Source: Octopus vulgaris
Lineage: Eukaryota
Assembly: GCA_951406725.2 (NCBI GenBank)
Contig: OX597818.1
Coordinates: 96,534,001 to 96,598,000 of the forward strand
DNA length: 64,000 bases
Reading direction: 5' to 3'
The translations under genes and the position numbers were made by a program. The notes under the pieces were generated by a model, which was given only the letters and a program-made list of their open reading frames with translations, was not told where the DNA came from and ran no database searches. Shown here piece after piece: positions 10,976 through 26,555 of this stretch; the first letter of the stretch is position 1; every line of letters starts with the position of its first letter.

Positions 10976-12410
10976 GAATATGACATGAAGAACCAATGGA
11001 ATTTCTTTATGACGTTTTTGACGTCCCTGTAATTCAAAGAATAGTCGAATCAACGAGATTATCGGCTAGGAAAAGGAAACAAACAGAACTTTTACAAGTA
11101 GAGCCAAAACGAAAGGTATAATCCAATTTCTTTCCGGGCACTTAAGTGTAAAAGAAAGGTGGGAGAGGTGGTAATAAATATATAATAAATAAAAGAAGAA
11201 TATTGACTTCCAAGGAAAGTCAAGCTTAAAAAGGAAAATATGTTGTGGTGAAATCCTGACACCCCTGTGGAATAGCAAGTAAACCTTATAAAGGCGCATG
11301 CGTACTGACAGTGCGAGGAACAATGTGATGTGTGCAGTCGCATTTGTGAAGGCAGTTGTAGAAATCGTTGAGAAGAGATATAAGTTTGTTACATGTTTGT
11401 TACTGATTTAGTTTTTATAGCTATAACAGTGTTACAGTGTAGTCTATACCCAAACTCAAGGATATAATAGATACAATCGCAATATTTGAAGAAAGATTTC
11501 TTGAAATTAAAAATTATCAATTATATTTAAAAAAGTGGAATGACACGTTCGTAGTGTGTAGGCGCTTTCACAATTTAGTTTTTCAAACACGTATTATGGA
11601 GTAATCCGTTTAGAGGAAATAGGTTCTATGTCTAGTTTTTGTTTCGGAACTAGAATTCTTATAAAGTATTCTTTTGCCTTTCTTTACACATTATCACATT
11701 TAGTAATATTTTCATATTCAGTAATATTATTATATTCAGTAATATTGGATTAAAACAGAAAGAAAACAAGGATAAGGGCACATATGAACATCAGGTAGAA
11801 TTGAAACTGACCTATCCTTATATAGTCTTATGCGCTGATGTGTCTTCGATTCTAATACAGCAATTGCATTTTCTTCTATTTATATCCTATCTGCATAATG
11901 TCCACATTTATGTCTGCTCTGCTGGAAGATATTCTTTGAAATATCCTTGCCTAATAAATTAATTACTTTGAGGAATACATTTTCAACTCATCGACGTGTC
12001 GATGAGTTATAAATTTGGTTTTACACTATCATAAGATAGTGAATGGCACCTCTAGTGGGTGTAGCATCTACTTGAAAACCCACTGCGCAAAATCTTCAAA
12101 TGGCTACATTCATGTTGACAGAGTGTCATTGAAGTGGATAGATGAGTGGATTACTGTGAAAAGTCGCTGGACCATAAACTACTTCAGTCGTTAGCAAAAA
12201 TAAGACAATGGCAATGAGATTCTACAGACGATGTTGCATTATATTAGACAGCGAATTCTCAGAAACGTTAGAGTAGAGAACAAAGTGCCTTGGTTTATAT
12301 AAAACTGACTGACTTATTTACCTAAAACTGCCTGTTTGTCAAGTCCCACCTCCCCAGCATTCAAGAACAAGTCCATAGACGTGCTATTACTTCAGTCTGT
12401 TTCGATCAAA

Positions 12411-12545
12411 ATGCCTTGCAGTATTTAAAAACCATCCGACTTTTTGTCAAATCCCTCTTCATTAACAAATAATAGCCATGCCTTGTAGTATTTGATGACT
12501 ATCCGACCTTTTATGAAATACCCACTCATTAACATACTATAGTCA
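12411..12545. repeat. Two degenerate tandem copies of an about 68-bp unit
   Basis: atgccttg(c/t)agtattt..atccgac(t/c)tttt..tcattaaca..atag repeated twice. Confidence 0.6.
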
Positions 12546-12879
12546 CTATTCTGTAAACGTAATGTTGCCCTCTCTCTCCCTTCATCCAATCTATGAAGCT
12601 ACCCACGACAGTTACCCAAGCTTACTAAATTCATCCTACTTATATCGTCCTTATTATGTTACCTTAAATACTGCTCATAATATTGAACATTTGCCCTTAA
12701 TTTCTGCTGTTGTTGCTGTTACACTCAGGTTAGCTATGATCGGGGCAAACCTTTAATCAAAAGCCTTCGGCCATTCTTTCGCGGCACAGTTTGTCCAGGA
12801 ATAATGTTCAATGTGTTCTGCCTCTCTTTTCAAAGCTGTAACATGTGATCTGAGGTAAATTTGGTTGTTATTATTTGTA

Positions 12880-13100
12880 GGTTGGCGAGCTGGCAGAATC
12901 GTTAGCGAATTGGACAAAATGCTTTGCGGCATTTTGTCCATCTTCACAACGTGGGTTCAAATTCCGCGAGGTCCACCTTGCCTTTCATTCATTTGAGATC
13001 AATGAAACAAGTACAAGTTGAGCACTAAGGTCGAGGTAATCGACTAACAGCCTCTCGCCAAATTCCAGGCTCCTTGTGCCTATAGGAGAAAGGATTATTA
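12880..13100 (+). mobile_element. SINE family A
   Basis: ggcgagctggcagaatcgttagc...gggttcaaattccgcgaggtc. Confidence 0.8.
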
Positions 13101-13161
13101 GTAGATTGAAGGACAAGGTAGACTGTTGGATCCATTCTTTCCAACCCCACTTCTCTCTCTT

Positions 13162-13224
<63 letters not shown>

Positions 13225-14239
13225 TTCAACCCTGAAAAACGAACGTTTTGATGTCTGCTGCAAAATGTCGTCTGCATCGATGAAACGAGACAGACCTCTC
13301 CTCTAAATAACTTGTTAAACAAACAAACAAGCAAACAAATAAATGATAGAACCATTTTAACACGCTGTAATACGTAATGAGTTGAAGACGCGAGATATAA
13401 CATGAAACTCGCTGTCCTGGATGTACAAATAGATTGATAGAATTTCTGAATTTCTTTCATCAGTGTTTTGATATGAATCCCAATATTCATTTTTATACAA
13501 TTGAACGATAAAAGTGTTTGAATCAACTGCAGAACGTTCGATGTCGAACACCCAGTAACCTAATTCTTGAGTTCCCGTTTTACGTAGGAACAGCTTGTTA
13601 TATGATGCGTAAAATTTAATATTTTGCACATAGACAGAACTAGCTACAGGCAAGCTGTTAAGTGTCAAGTTCGTTGTTATTTATATCTCTCGACACTGTA
13701 AACCTAGATATAGAAATTGAGGAATGATATATGGTAAGGGAGACTCGAATTGTAATAACTGTGGTTTTTACTATTCTAACAGTTAAAGTTAACGGTGCTG
13801 TTCATCGATTTAGTGATATTTTCACCATCTGTAAAGGTGCTTCTTTCTCTCAGCAGTTGGTTAGTTCAGGTTATGAAAGTTTTATTATCATTAGCGCCCA
13901 CTCGCTTCCGAGTTGTTGTATGTTCGGATATAAAGTAAACTAAATAAATAAAAAACTGCTACAATTGTTTCAGAAGTTCAAATCCTACGGTTTTGAGATT
14001 AAACCGCATTAAAACTGAATTCATTTTTCTTTTCTCCTGCTCTAAAAGAAATCAAAATAGACAGTACTTGATGCTTCACGTATATACATATAAATATGCA
14101 TACAAACATATGCATATGTGTACGTACATATGTATACATACATACATATATAAATGTATGTATGTATGTATGTATGTATGTATGTATGTATGTATGTATG
14201 TATGTATGTATGTATGTATATCAAAAAGCTCAAAGGACC

Positions 14240-14712
14240 TTCCCAAGCTATATACTAATAAAGCTGGTTTCTTGGTTTCACTCCCTCGACAGGACACAAG
14301 TTCGTCGGTCGCAGGTTATCCATTTTTACTGAATGAATTGCTCAAAAGGCAACGCATTGCCTGCTCCACAAGGGAATTGAAACCACAATCTTTCAATCAT
14401 GAGTGCAACACACTAAACCACGCACTTCCACCGCATACATCAATTATATATGTGTGTATATATATAGCCTGCTCGCTTAGCCAGCGGGGTGGCGTCATTC
14501 GAAGGCTAAAACAATGCGAACGCATTGTGACCAGCGATGTGTAACAACATCTGATGGTCTGGTCGGTCACGTGGTGGTGGTGGTATATTCGGCAAAAGAG
14601 ACCGATAGAATAAGTACTGGGCTTACAAAGAATAAGTCTCGGGGTCGATTTGCTCGACTAAAGGCGGTGCTCCAGCATGGCCACAGTCAAATGACTGAAA
14701 CAAGTAAAAGAG
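14240..14712. mobile_element. Cluster of SINE fragments: degenerate tRNA-SINE (-) 14240-14425, family B 3' part 14467-14570, family C 3' part 14588-14712
   Basis: Similarity to other copies in the window; reverse B box gggaattgaaacc. Confidence 0.7.
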
Positions 14713-14916
14713 TATCTAAACCTACATTAGAATGTAAAAATTGATGTGCCATGATGAGAGATGAGGTTCTTGTGCCTGGTTTGCTCTTCTACCTTTGTCT
14801 ATTCAAGGTGATCAGTTGAGTTTTGTTTATGTTTTAATCCTTTTTAATTGTCCGAGTCTCGTAGGCTGCTTTGCAACCTCACAGATGCAGGTACCAAAAA
14901 AATAAATAAATAAAAA

Positions 14917-16327
<1,411 letters not shown>

Positions 16328-16340
16328 CATACACACATAC

Positions 16341-16371
<31 letters not shown>

Positions 16372-16393
16372 CATACATACATACATACATACA

Positions 16394-16425
<32 letters not shown>

Positions 16426-16477
16426 CGTGTGCTTACGTGCGCGCGCGCTTGTGTGTCTGATTAGTTTCATGTTCTTA

Positions 16478-16560
16478 TATTAATGCAGTTTATGGGGATC
16501 GGAGAATAAGTCTAAGCCAGTGTCAACGGTGATTCCAGAAATTCCGAGCCGGAAACAACA
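16478..16560 (+). mobile_element. Second short mariner transposase fragment in the opposite orientation
   Basis: NAVYGDRRISLSQCQR*FQKFRAGN; homologous to 15955-16040 (-). Confidence 0.75.
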
Positions 16561-17029
16561 TGTTCAAAATTAAGGAATGAGGGATAAAATTTTAATTTGA
16601 ATTTCACGATGTCATCAAATGCTAAGCTCAAATTGGCAAATGAGAAAGAAAGAGGGAAAGAGAGAGACCAATGATTAAAAGACATTCCAGTCGTAACAAT
16701 CCCATAAGTATAGCATTAACTAGTGTGCTACTTTTAAGGCAATAAAGTACTGTCGGAAGGATATTTTACTGCCCTGATGTGAATGCCATCGACATTCATG
16801 TTATTTTTGAAATTTTATTAGGAAAGCAAAGACAAAATGGGAATATTCACCGTGAGGGCGTCTTTGCTTTTGTTTTTTTTCCCCAGAAAAACGCTCCAAA
16901 TAACCGAAGGATCATAAACATCACTGAAGACGACAATAGCGAAATAACTTATTACAGAAAAACAACGTGAATAGCATCTTAATTTTTTCAAAGCACATCC
17001 TCAGTCAATCAAATTTATATAAATTCTTT

Positions 17030-17210
17030 TCTACTCTGGGCCCGAAATTCTAGGGGAGAGGACCAGTCGATTAGATCGACTACAGTAGGCAACTGGTACT
17101 TAATTTATCAACCCCGAAAGGATGAAAGGCAAAGTCGACTTCGGCGGAATTTGAACGTAAAGACAGACGAAATACTAAATCAGAACGTAAAGACAGACGA
17201 AATATTAAAT
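17030..17210 (-). mobile_element. SINE family A fragment with a 30-bp internal duplication
   Basis: ccccgaaaggatgaaaggcaaagtcgacttcggcggaatttgaac. Confidence 0.8.
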
Positions 17211-17454
17211 TTGTTTAAATTAGATAAGCCATATGTGCACAACAACAGACATACCCGCTTATCTCCATATCTCCAAGTTTTCCCGCCATCCTTTTCCCAC
17301 TCCATACTTTGTAGTCGTCATATACTACTTTTAGCATGGGGTTTGTTTGTCCAGGAATAACCATTTTTTCGCATTACAAGATCATGTACTAAACTTTTTA
17401 ATTTTATGTCTACTATTTTAAACTTGTAATGACAATATGGAGAATATATTTAAG

Positions 17455-17700
17455 GTGATCATTTGACAGCGAAGATTCAACTGATTTCTTGATTATTTAA
17501 ACTAGAACATGGGAGTGAGAATAAGACTATGTTGACTGTTTGACAGCAGGACTGGTTTAACTGTTTTACACGAAGACTGGATATTTGACGGCGGGACTGG
17601 GCGGGTTATTTGACAACAATATTTGGTTGACTATTTGATATTAAGATTGTGTTCAATATTTGACTGCAAGACGACATTCAATATTCGACTGGGACCGGAC
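17455..17700. repeat. Degenerate minisatellite, about 25-bp period
   Basis: Recurring (t)atttgacnnnnngact(g/a) motif at about 17538, 17563, 17583, 17608, 17632, 17657 and 17682. Confidence 0.55.
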
Positions 17701-17929
17701 TTTTTCTTTTTCTCATTCTTCCTTTTTGTTTGTTTCTCTGACTTTCTTCTGGATGAAATCGGCCGCGGTCAGATCTGGGGTGGGATTGGGTCCGCTAAAT
17801 TTAAAAAACTAAGACACACCGTATGTCATATATGTGTGTTCGTGTGTGAGTATGTTTATATGTGTGTACACATATATTACACATATATATTATACATACA
17901 TACATACATACATACATACATACATACAC

Positions 17930-18027
<98 letters not shown>

Positions 18028-18171
18028 GCATACGTACACTCGCGCGTGTGCCTGTGTAGTCGAAAGTTCACTTCGCATCCACATGATTCTCTGTTCAATC
18101 TCACAGGATGAGAATTAGGCAGGCCTCCTCGATTACAGTGTCGCTTTGACCATTATTATCTAGTAAACAAA

Positions 18172-19050
18172 GGTGGCGAGCTGGCAGAAACGTTAGCACG
18201 CCGGGCGAAGTGCTTAACGGTATTTCATCTGCCGGGTCGATGTAATCGACTTAATACCTACGTCTGTCCTTGTTTGTCCCCTCTGTGTTTAGCCCCTTGT
18301 GGGTAATAAAGAAATAGGTATTTCATCTGCCGCTACGTTCTGAGTTCAAATTCCGCCGAGGTCGACTTTACCTTTCATTCTTTCGGGGTCGATTAAATAA
18401 GTACCAGTTACACACTGGGGTCGATATAATCGACTTAATCCGTTTGGTTGTCCTCATTTGTCCTCTCTGTGTTTAGCCCGTTGTGGGTAGTAAAGAAATA
18501 GGTATTTCATCTGCCGTTACGTTCTGAGTTCAAATTCTGCCGAGGTCGACTTTGCCTTTCATCCTTTCGGGGTCGATAAATTAAGTACCAGTTACGCACT
18601 GAGGTCGATATAATCGACTTAACCCGTTTGTCTGTCCCTGTTTGACCTCTCTGTGTTTAGCCCCTTGTGGGTTGTAAAGAAATAAGTATTTCGCTTGCCG
18701 CTACGTTCAAATTCCGCCGAGGTCGACTTTACTTTTCATCCTTTCGGGGTCGATAAATTAAGTACCAGTTGCGTACTGGGGTCGATGTAATCGACTGGAT
18801 CCCTTTGTCTGTCTTTTTTTGTCCCCTCTATGTTTAGCCCTTGTAGGTAATAAAGAAAGAAGAAACATTAGCACGCCGGGCAAAATGCTTAGCTGTATTT
18901 CGTCTGACTTTACGCTCTGAGTTCAAATTCTGCTGAGGTCGACTTAGCCTTTAATCCTTCGGGGTCGATAAATTAAGTACCAGTTGCGTACTGGGTTCAT
19001 TCTAATCGACCGGCCCACTCTCCAATAATTTCGGGTTTGTGTCTAGAGTA
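18172..19050 (+). mobile_element. Tandem array of SINE family A units (about 184-bp period, about 5 units)
   Basis: Units restart at gtatttc near 18317, 18501, 18686 and 18895, each following an aataaagaaa-type tail. Confidence 0.9.
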
Positions 19051-19320
19051 GTATGGATTATTATTTAGTAAACAGAAATTCTCAGATACAAACTGCACGG
19101 GCGCGTTGTCTATGGTCAGCCGTAGTACTGGGTCTCCGTCGTTCGACGATGAAGATTTAGTTGTTCAATCAACTGAATCACCTGCTCTTGAATCAACATA
19201 TAAGTGGCCAAGTATTCCACAAACACAAGGTCGCAGTAGGGTCGAAATCAGAATTTCGTGTTTGCGAAGTAACTACTTTCTTCGCCAGCAAATATATATG
19301 TATGTGTGTATATGTCTGTG

Positions 19321-19431
<111 letters not shown>

Positions 19432-19644
19432 TTTATTTTAAGCAGCAGAAAATTCAACAAAATCTGTTACTCTGAGTTTCTCGTTGCCGTTCATCAGACA
19501 GTTTTTTGAGTTTTGAGTACTCTTTTTTCCACCTTGTTTCACATTTATGTGTTTACTCCGGTATATATATATATAAATATGTGTGTATTTGTGTGTGTGT
19601 TTGTGTGTGCGTGTATAAAATATCACACACACACACACACATAG

Positions 19645-19682
<38 letters not shown>

Positions 19683-20003
19683 GGGGTGAGGAGAGAGAGA
19701 GGTATAAGATATTTAAATATTTCAAGAGATTGCTAGCTAGTTAACTCTTTCACGTTAACAGCTCTTTCTACAATTTACCGTTAACAGCGGTAACACCACC
19801 ACCATCATCACTACTACCACTGCCAGCGCCACAACTACAACCACCACCGGAGAAGACTGAAAGAACACTGTGTTCTCAATCACAACCACAACCAAACTGC
19901 ATCATTGCCTTCACAAACTACACTCTCTTTACCTTTATGTAACAACCACCATTAACATCCACTCCTGCCACCGCACCCATCACACCATCGACACTAGTTT
20001 CAT

Positions 20004-20041
<38 letters not shown>

Positions 20042-20345
20042 TCATAAACACCACTATCACCATTATCATCATCGTCGTCGTAACCGTCTTCGTGATCTTG
20101 CAGCGCACTATACGAAACATTTACATACATCGTTCTTATGTCAAGTTTACGTTGACCTTAAGAGACGTTGCGCAGACAGTTTATGCTTCGACACACCCAC
20201 CGTACACCCTCACACAAATACGTGTGCATGAATGTGAGCATGCATGTATATGTGTGTGTGTGCGTATATATGTATAGATTCGCGCACGTGTGTGTGAATG
20301 TATATATGTTTGAACATATATGTTTGTACATATATGCTTGTACGC

Positions 20346-20442
<97 letters not shown>

Positions 20443-20511
20443 TATAGATATATATGCATATATATATACAGACACACACACATACATACGCATATATATG
20501 TAATATATATA

Positions 20512-21127
<616 letters not shown>

Positions 21128-21176
21128 AATGTGTGAATGGTATATCTCTCTGTGTCTCTGTATATATTTATACGTA

Positions 21177-21241
<65 letters not shown>

Positions 21242-21673
21242 CGTCTTTACTTCCTAAATATTAATGCTCCTATTCGAATGATTACCTGTTGTTATTCTCT
21301 ATTCTCTATCACATCTGCCACTCCTCCCCCCGAAACCTCACTCCTTCTTTCGTTTTCTCTTCCTCTTGAATTTTTTTCTCTCCATCTCGTATTCTACTTT
21401 CACTTTCTATTCTCTCTATTTCTCTTTCTCTCCCTCTCTTTCCCTCTTCCCTTTCTATTTCTATCTGATCTAATATTTGTCGCATTGAATTTCCATCCTT
21501 TTTATTTTTATTTTTTTCTCTTTCCCGTCTCTCATCACTGATCTCTTTATCATTCTCACGCTTTTTACACGATCTCCTCTTAATGAATACTTCTACTGCA
21601 TTTTATCTTTCTTTCTCATTCTCTTTCTCCCACCCTCTTCTTTCTCTCTCACACACAGTGTATCTCCATGTCT

Positions 21674-21705
<32 letters not shown>

Positions 21706-21722
21706 ATCTATCTATCTATCTA

Positions 21723-21802
<80 letters not shown>

Positions 21803-21883
21803 TATACATATATATACACACATATATATATATACATACATGTATATATATGTATATATATATGTATATATATTAAAAAAAAA

Positions 21884-21960
<77 letters not shown>

Positions 21961-22802
21961 CACATTTCTCTTTCCCGTCCTTACATTTATCCTTCACTCA
22001 TTTAAATTCGCATCCATTATCAATAAATAAATTCATTTCACTTGGTCAATCAATCTATCAATCGATCAGGTATCATGGTATCGATGTGTATGTATATTCA
22101 TCAAAAGGCAGCCTTATTTCTCTACACTCTTAACATTATCTATCCTACGCCCACTCATTCTTACCTACCTGGATAGATCACGACTCAACAGAATTCACAT
22201 TTTCTCATAATTTAAAACATTTCCTCTCTCCCTGTCTCCTCTTTTCTCTATCTCTCTTTCCAACAACATTTTTATTACATTTAAAATTTTAAAAAAATTC
22301 TCTAATATTACTCCCTACGTCCTTTTTCAATCAATTCGTTTTTTGTTCGTTGCATTGGGCGGTGGGGTTATATTTACGTGCAGAAACGTTTTCGTTTCAG
22401 AGTCGGCTTTCGTTTTACTTTCATTTTACTTTCATTTCACTTCAAATTTCTCATCTATTCGATCAGCTTTACCGAGAATTTTTATAATAAATCTACCTAA
22501 ACTAACGTTTCTAAAACTTGTCTTGTAAATTATAAGTGCTAACGTCCTCAGACAACATAAAATGCCACACAGACAGAACCAAAATAATAATAATAAGTAA
22601 TAAGTAATGAAAGACAAAACCAATTTGGAAAAATGAAAAACGAATATCGACCCCAAACCAATTCATGTTTTAATATAATAAAACGATTTTCGTATTTTTT
22701 TTTCATTTATATTTGGATAGCTGACTGACAGTTTGAAAGTCTGGCTGACTAGCTGCATGGTCTGGGTAGATGGGTGACTGGTTGCATAGTATGACCTCTG
22801 TA

Positions 22803-22857
<55 letters not shown>

Positions 22858-22989
22858 AACGCTAGAAGGCTTTTTTGTTCTTGAAGTAGGAGAGGAAAGT
22901 GGTTCCCCGTTCTAGTCAAGGTGACTTTGTTTCGTTATCGACTTGAGGTAGTTTTAAATGACCATCAGCGACTGTTTCTACTCAATGAC

Positions 22990-23243
22990 ATCAACACTTG
23001 AAACGCCGCCACTAGTGTTGCTGCTGCGGCCGCTGCTGCTGCGGATTATCCTGCTGCTGATATTGCAGATGCGCTGGCTACTGCATTGGTTGCAGCTAAA
23101 GCTGCTTATGCCGCTGCTGTCGCTGCTGCTGCTGTCGCTGCTGCTGCTGCTGCTGCTGTTGTCGGGTTTTCTAGCTACTATTTCATCCCCTGTTGCTGCT
23201 CCTGATGCTGTTATTATAAAGCCTGGTAAACCACTACAACACT

Positions 23244-23281
<38 letters not shown>

Positions 23282-23964
23282 ACACTACTACTAACACTAC
23301 TACTACTACCACCATTACTACTACTACAACCACTACTACCATCACCACCACCACCGCCACCACCACCACCACTACTACTACTACTACCACTACCACCACC
23401 ACCACTTCCACCACCAACACTACTACTACTCATTGTTGCTGCTGCTGCTTCTGTTGCTGCTACTGCTCCTGCTGCTACTACTAGTAGTCCTACTACCGCA
23501 ACTGTTACTACTATAACTACTACAACATCAATAACAACTACTACTATTACTACTACTGCTAATGCTACTACTTTTGTTATTGCTGTTGCTGCTGCTGTTG
23601 TTGTTGTTGTTGTAGTTGTTGTTAAGCAACAAGACGGATAAGGGTGATTAGGTTATGGTCTAGGGCTTAGGGGCAGGAGACCCCCAGACCTTGGAAAAAA
23701 AAACTTTGGTCGTCTTGTTGTAGTCGAGGGCCTTTCGTTGACACCCGACACCACTGGGGGGTGGCCTTCGAAGTCGTTGGAAATGGAGATCTCCAGGTCC
23801 AAATTCTTGAACGGCTGCTGTTGCTGTCGCGGTACCTGTTGCTGCTACTGCTGTTACATCTACTACTGCTGCTGTTGATGACGATGATGATGATGATGCT
23901 ACACCACCAACAACGACTGCAGCTACATACTACGACGATTACTACAACCTTTACTGAGACAAAC

Positions 23965-24028
<64 letters not shown>

Positions 24029-24029
24029 A

Positions 24030-24122
<93 letters not shown>

Positions 24123-25175
24123 CGGCGGTGGTGGTGCTGATAGTGGTGGTGGTTGTGGTGGTGGTATACTTTTGATAGCTTTATTTATAATTTTCAGTTT
24201 TGTCTTATCTTAAAAAAAAACAACAAAACATTGTCTCAAGTGATACCACCACCACCATCACCACTACTACCACCACCAAAACGGCGGCGGGTCAGTAGCA
24301 GTTGTCATGGTTACCTCGGTAATATGCTTGTTGTTTTGAATCGACGGCAATCATATTGGTTTCAAATTTTGGCTCAAGGCCAGCCAAGTTTGGTGGGATG
24401 GGGCAGGGGTAAGTCGATTACATTGACCTCAGTGCTCAGCTGTACTTATTTTATAGATACCGAAAGGATGAAAGGCAAAAATCGACCTCGGCGGGATTCG
24501 AAAGCAGAACGCAAAGACAGACGAAAACGCCGCTAAGCATTTCGCCCGGCGTGCTAACGATTCTGCCAGCTCCAGCAGCAATCATATTAATTGGTTTCTT
24601 AGAAATGTAACACGTTGTCGATCTTTTCTGGTCGATAGGCGAATCGAACTCTACGCATACATAGAAAGGGATAGAAAAAGGCTCGTATCTTAAATGCTTC
24701 ATCATGCTGCACAGTGTCAATCTGTAGCCGAAGTACTTAACGCATCTTGCTTAATTCATGTTACTTGCTCAACGTAACTTTTAAGACTCTACTACCATTA
24801 AAATATATTACGACTCATATATTCAAGCGTTGCCTCAGTAAAAGAACACTACATAAATAACGAGTGCTTTGATATTGGTAGCAGCGACGGTTGCGATGGT
24901 GGTGGTGGTGGTCGTCGTCGTCGTCGTCGTCGTCATCGTTGTCGTCATCATGTTGTGGCCACAGTAGTGTGCTGGTAGTGCTGCTGCTGGTGCTGATAAT
25001 GCAGGTGGTGGTAGTAGTGGAGATGGTGATGGTGATGGTGGTGGTGACGGTGGTGGTGACGCTGCTGGTGACGTAGTGGTTGTAGTGGTGGTGGTGTGGT
25101 TTTAGTGATAATAGTGATGATGGCGGTAGTGGTGATGATGATGGTGGTGATGGTGTAAGTGGTGTTGTTGATGGC
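22990..25175. repeat. Trinucleotide-repeat-rich low-complexity zone (CTG/CTA/CCA/AGT/GGT)
   Basis: Direct inspection; includes a SINE A copy at 24355-24571 (-). Confidence 0.9.
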
Positions 25176-25665
25176 AAGTGTGCTTAGTCCCAGGCCAGCT
25201 CCTGTCCAGCAACCCTCAAATCCAAAACGTTCAAACTATGAATATGCAACGACATTTATTCCATGCAAGTCATTTTAAAAGTTCTGAGTTCAAATCTCTC
25301 CTAGGTCTCAACTTTGATTCTCATTCCTTTCTGGGAATTGATAAAATAAAATACCAGCCAATTTTAGCATTTAACCTTTTATGACGTCAATAGATAACGA
25401 AAGAATAAAAAATAAACAGAAATCCTACGTCACGACATTTAGAAACATCATCTCTATGTCACGACAATTTGTGAAATTACAAAGGCATTTATTCAGTAGT
25501 ATGTGGTACTCATGGTTAAAGGATTTAGTACTAATTCTCAGAAGTAGGTGTTAAGATAGGATTATTAGCAGTATTATAACCAATATAGCAACTAGGTGTT
25601 ATCTCAAAACTACTATCAATTTCACAACCGGAATTTCTTTTACCTAAAGCAGCAAAATACATATT

Positions 25666-25887
25666 TATTTACTACCCACAAGGGGCTAAACACAGAGGGG
25701 ACAAACGAGGACAGACAAAGGGATTAAGTCGATTACATCGACCTCAGTGCATAACTGGTACTTATTTAATCGACCCCGAAAGGATGAAAGGCAAAGTTGA
25801 CCTCGGCGGAATTTGAACTCAGAACGTAGCGGCAGACGAAATACCGCTTAGCATTTCGCCCGGCGTGCTAACGTTTCTGCCAGCTCG
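25666..25887 (-). mobile_element. SINE family A, near full length
   Basis: Reverse complement of the head and tail seen at 18172-18500. Confidence 0.9.
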
Positions 25888-26302
25888 CATCACAATATAG
25901 TTCACGAAAATTTCACAATTCACATCGTTGGTTCTACTCGTGTTTACCAATTTTGAGTAGAGATACTATCTGATTTTACTTTTGTTGTGTGCCACTGTAA
26001 TTTCAGTCAAATTTCTGGTGGTTGAATAGGAAAATTTGACTTTACGGTGAAGGAATAATTTCCCACATTTACTTGAAGGTGGAAAATATATTTATATTTC
26101 CCCAGTGCAGCAAACAATTTCCTAGGAATATTAGTAGTTATATGTGAAGCGAATGGTACATTATACCAGATAATATTCCTTGATTACTCCTCCTAGTATT
26201 TATGTATACGTTTTCTTTACTATTAACATTATCAACATTAGATGTTCTCTTGTCGTAATGTTTATACTTAAAGTTATACATGCCTATAGACATTATTATT
26301 AC

Positions 26303-26369
<67 letters not shown>

Positions 26370-26555
26370 CATACCAACCATATATTTAGTATCTACATAG
26401 TTGATCTATGCTTGTTAATATTAATATTAATATTAATATGTTTATTTTCAATACTTCGTTTTTACCAATTCTATTTGAATCATTATTCTTGCTAATACTT
26501 AGCTTACTTAGGTAAGATTACTTGATGTATTTTTTATTAGACTTGCTATCAATTT

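Larger units (their letters stand above)
8477..11484 (+). mobile_element. Degenerate Gypsy (Mag/K02A2.6-like) LTR retrotransposon, internally deleted, with an interrupted 5' LTR
   Basis: LTRs start tgttgtggtgaaatcc. The 5' LTR is 8477-8579 plus 10356-10482; the 3' LTR is 11241-11484. Purine tract aaaaaggaaaa before the 3' LTR and an integrase remnant inside. Confidence 0.85.

Noticed and set aside
11985-12008. 11-bp hairpin aactcatcgac-gt-gtcgatgagtt
   Set aside because: An isolated short palindrome with no supporting context.
18172-19050. CRISPR-like repeat array
   Set aside because: The units are whole 184-bp SINE segments without unique spacers, the context is eukaryotic, and there are no cas genes.
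22958-24213. 227-aa, 151-aa and 150-aa Leu/Ser/Gly/Thr-rich ORFs
   Set aside because: They are open on both strands because of trinucleotide repeats, and no domain is recognisable.
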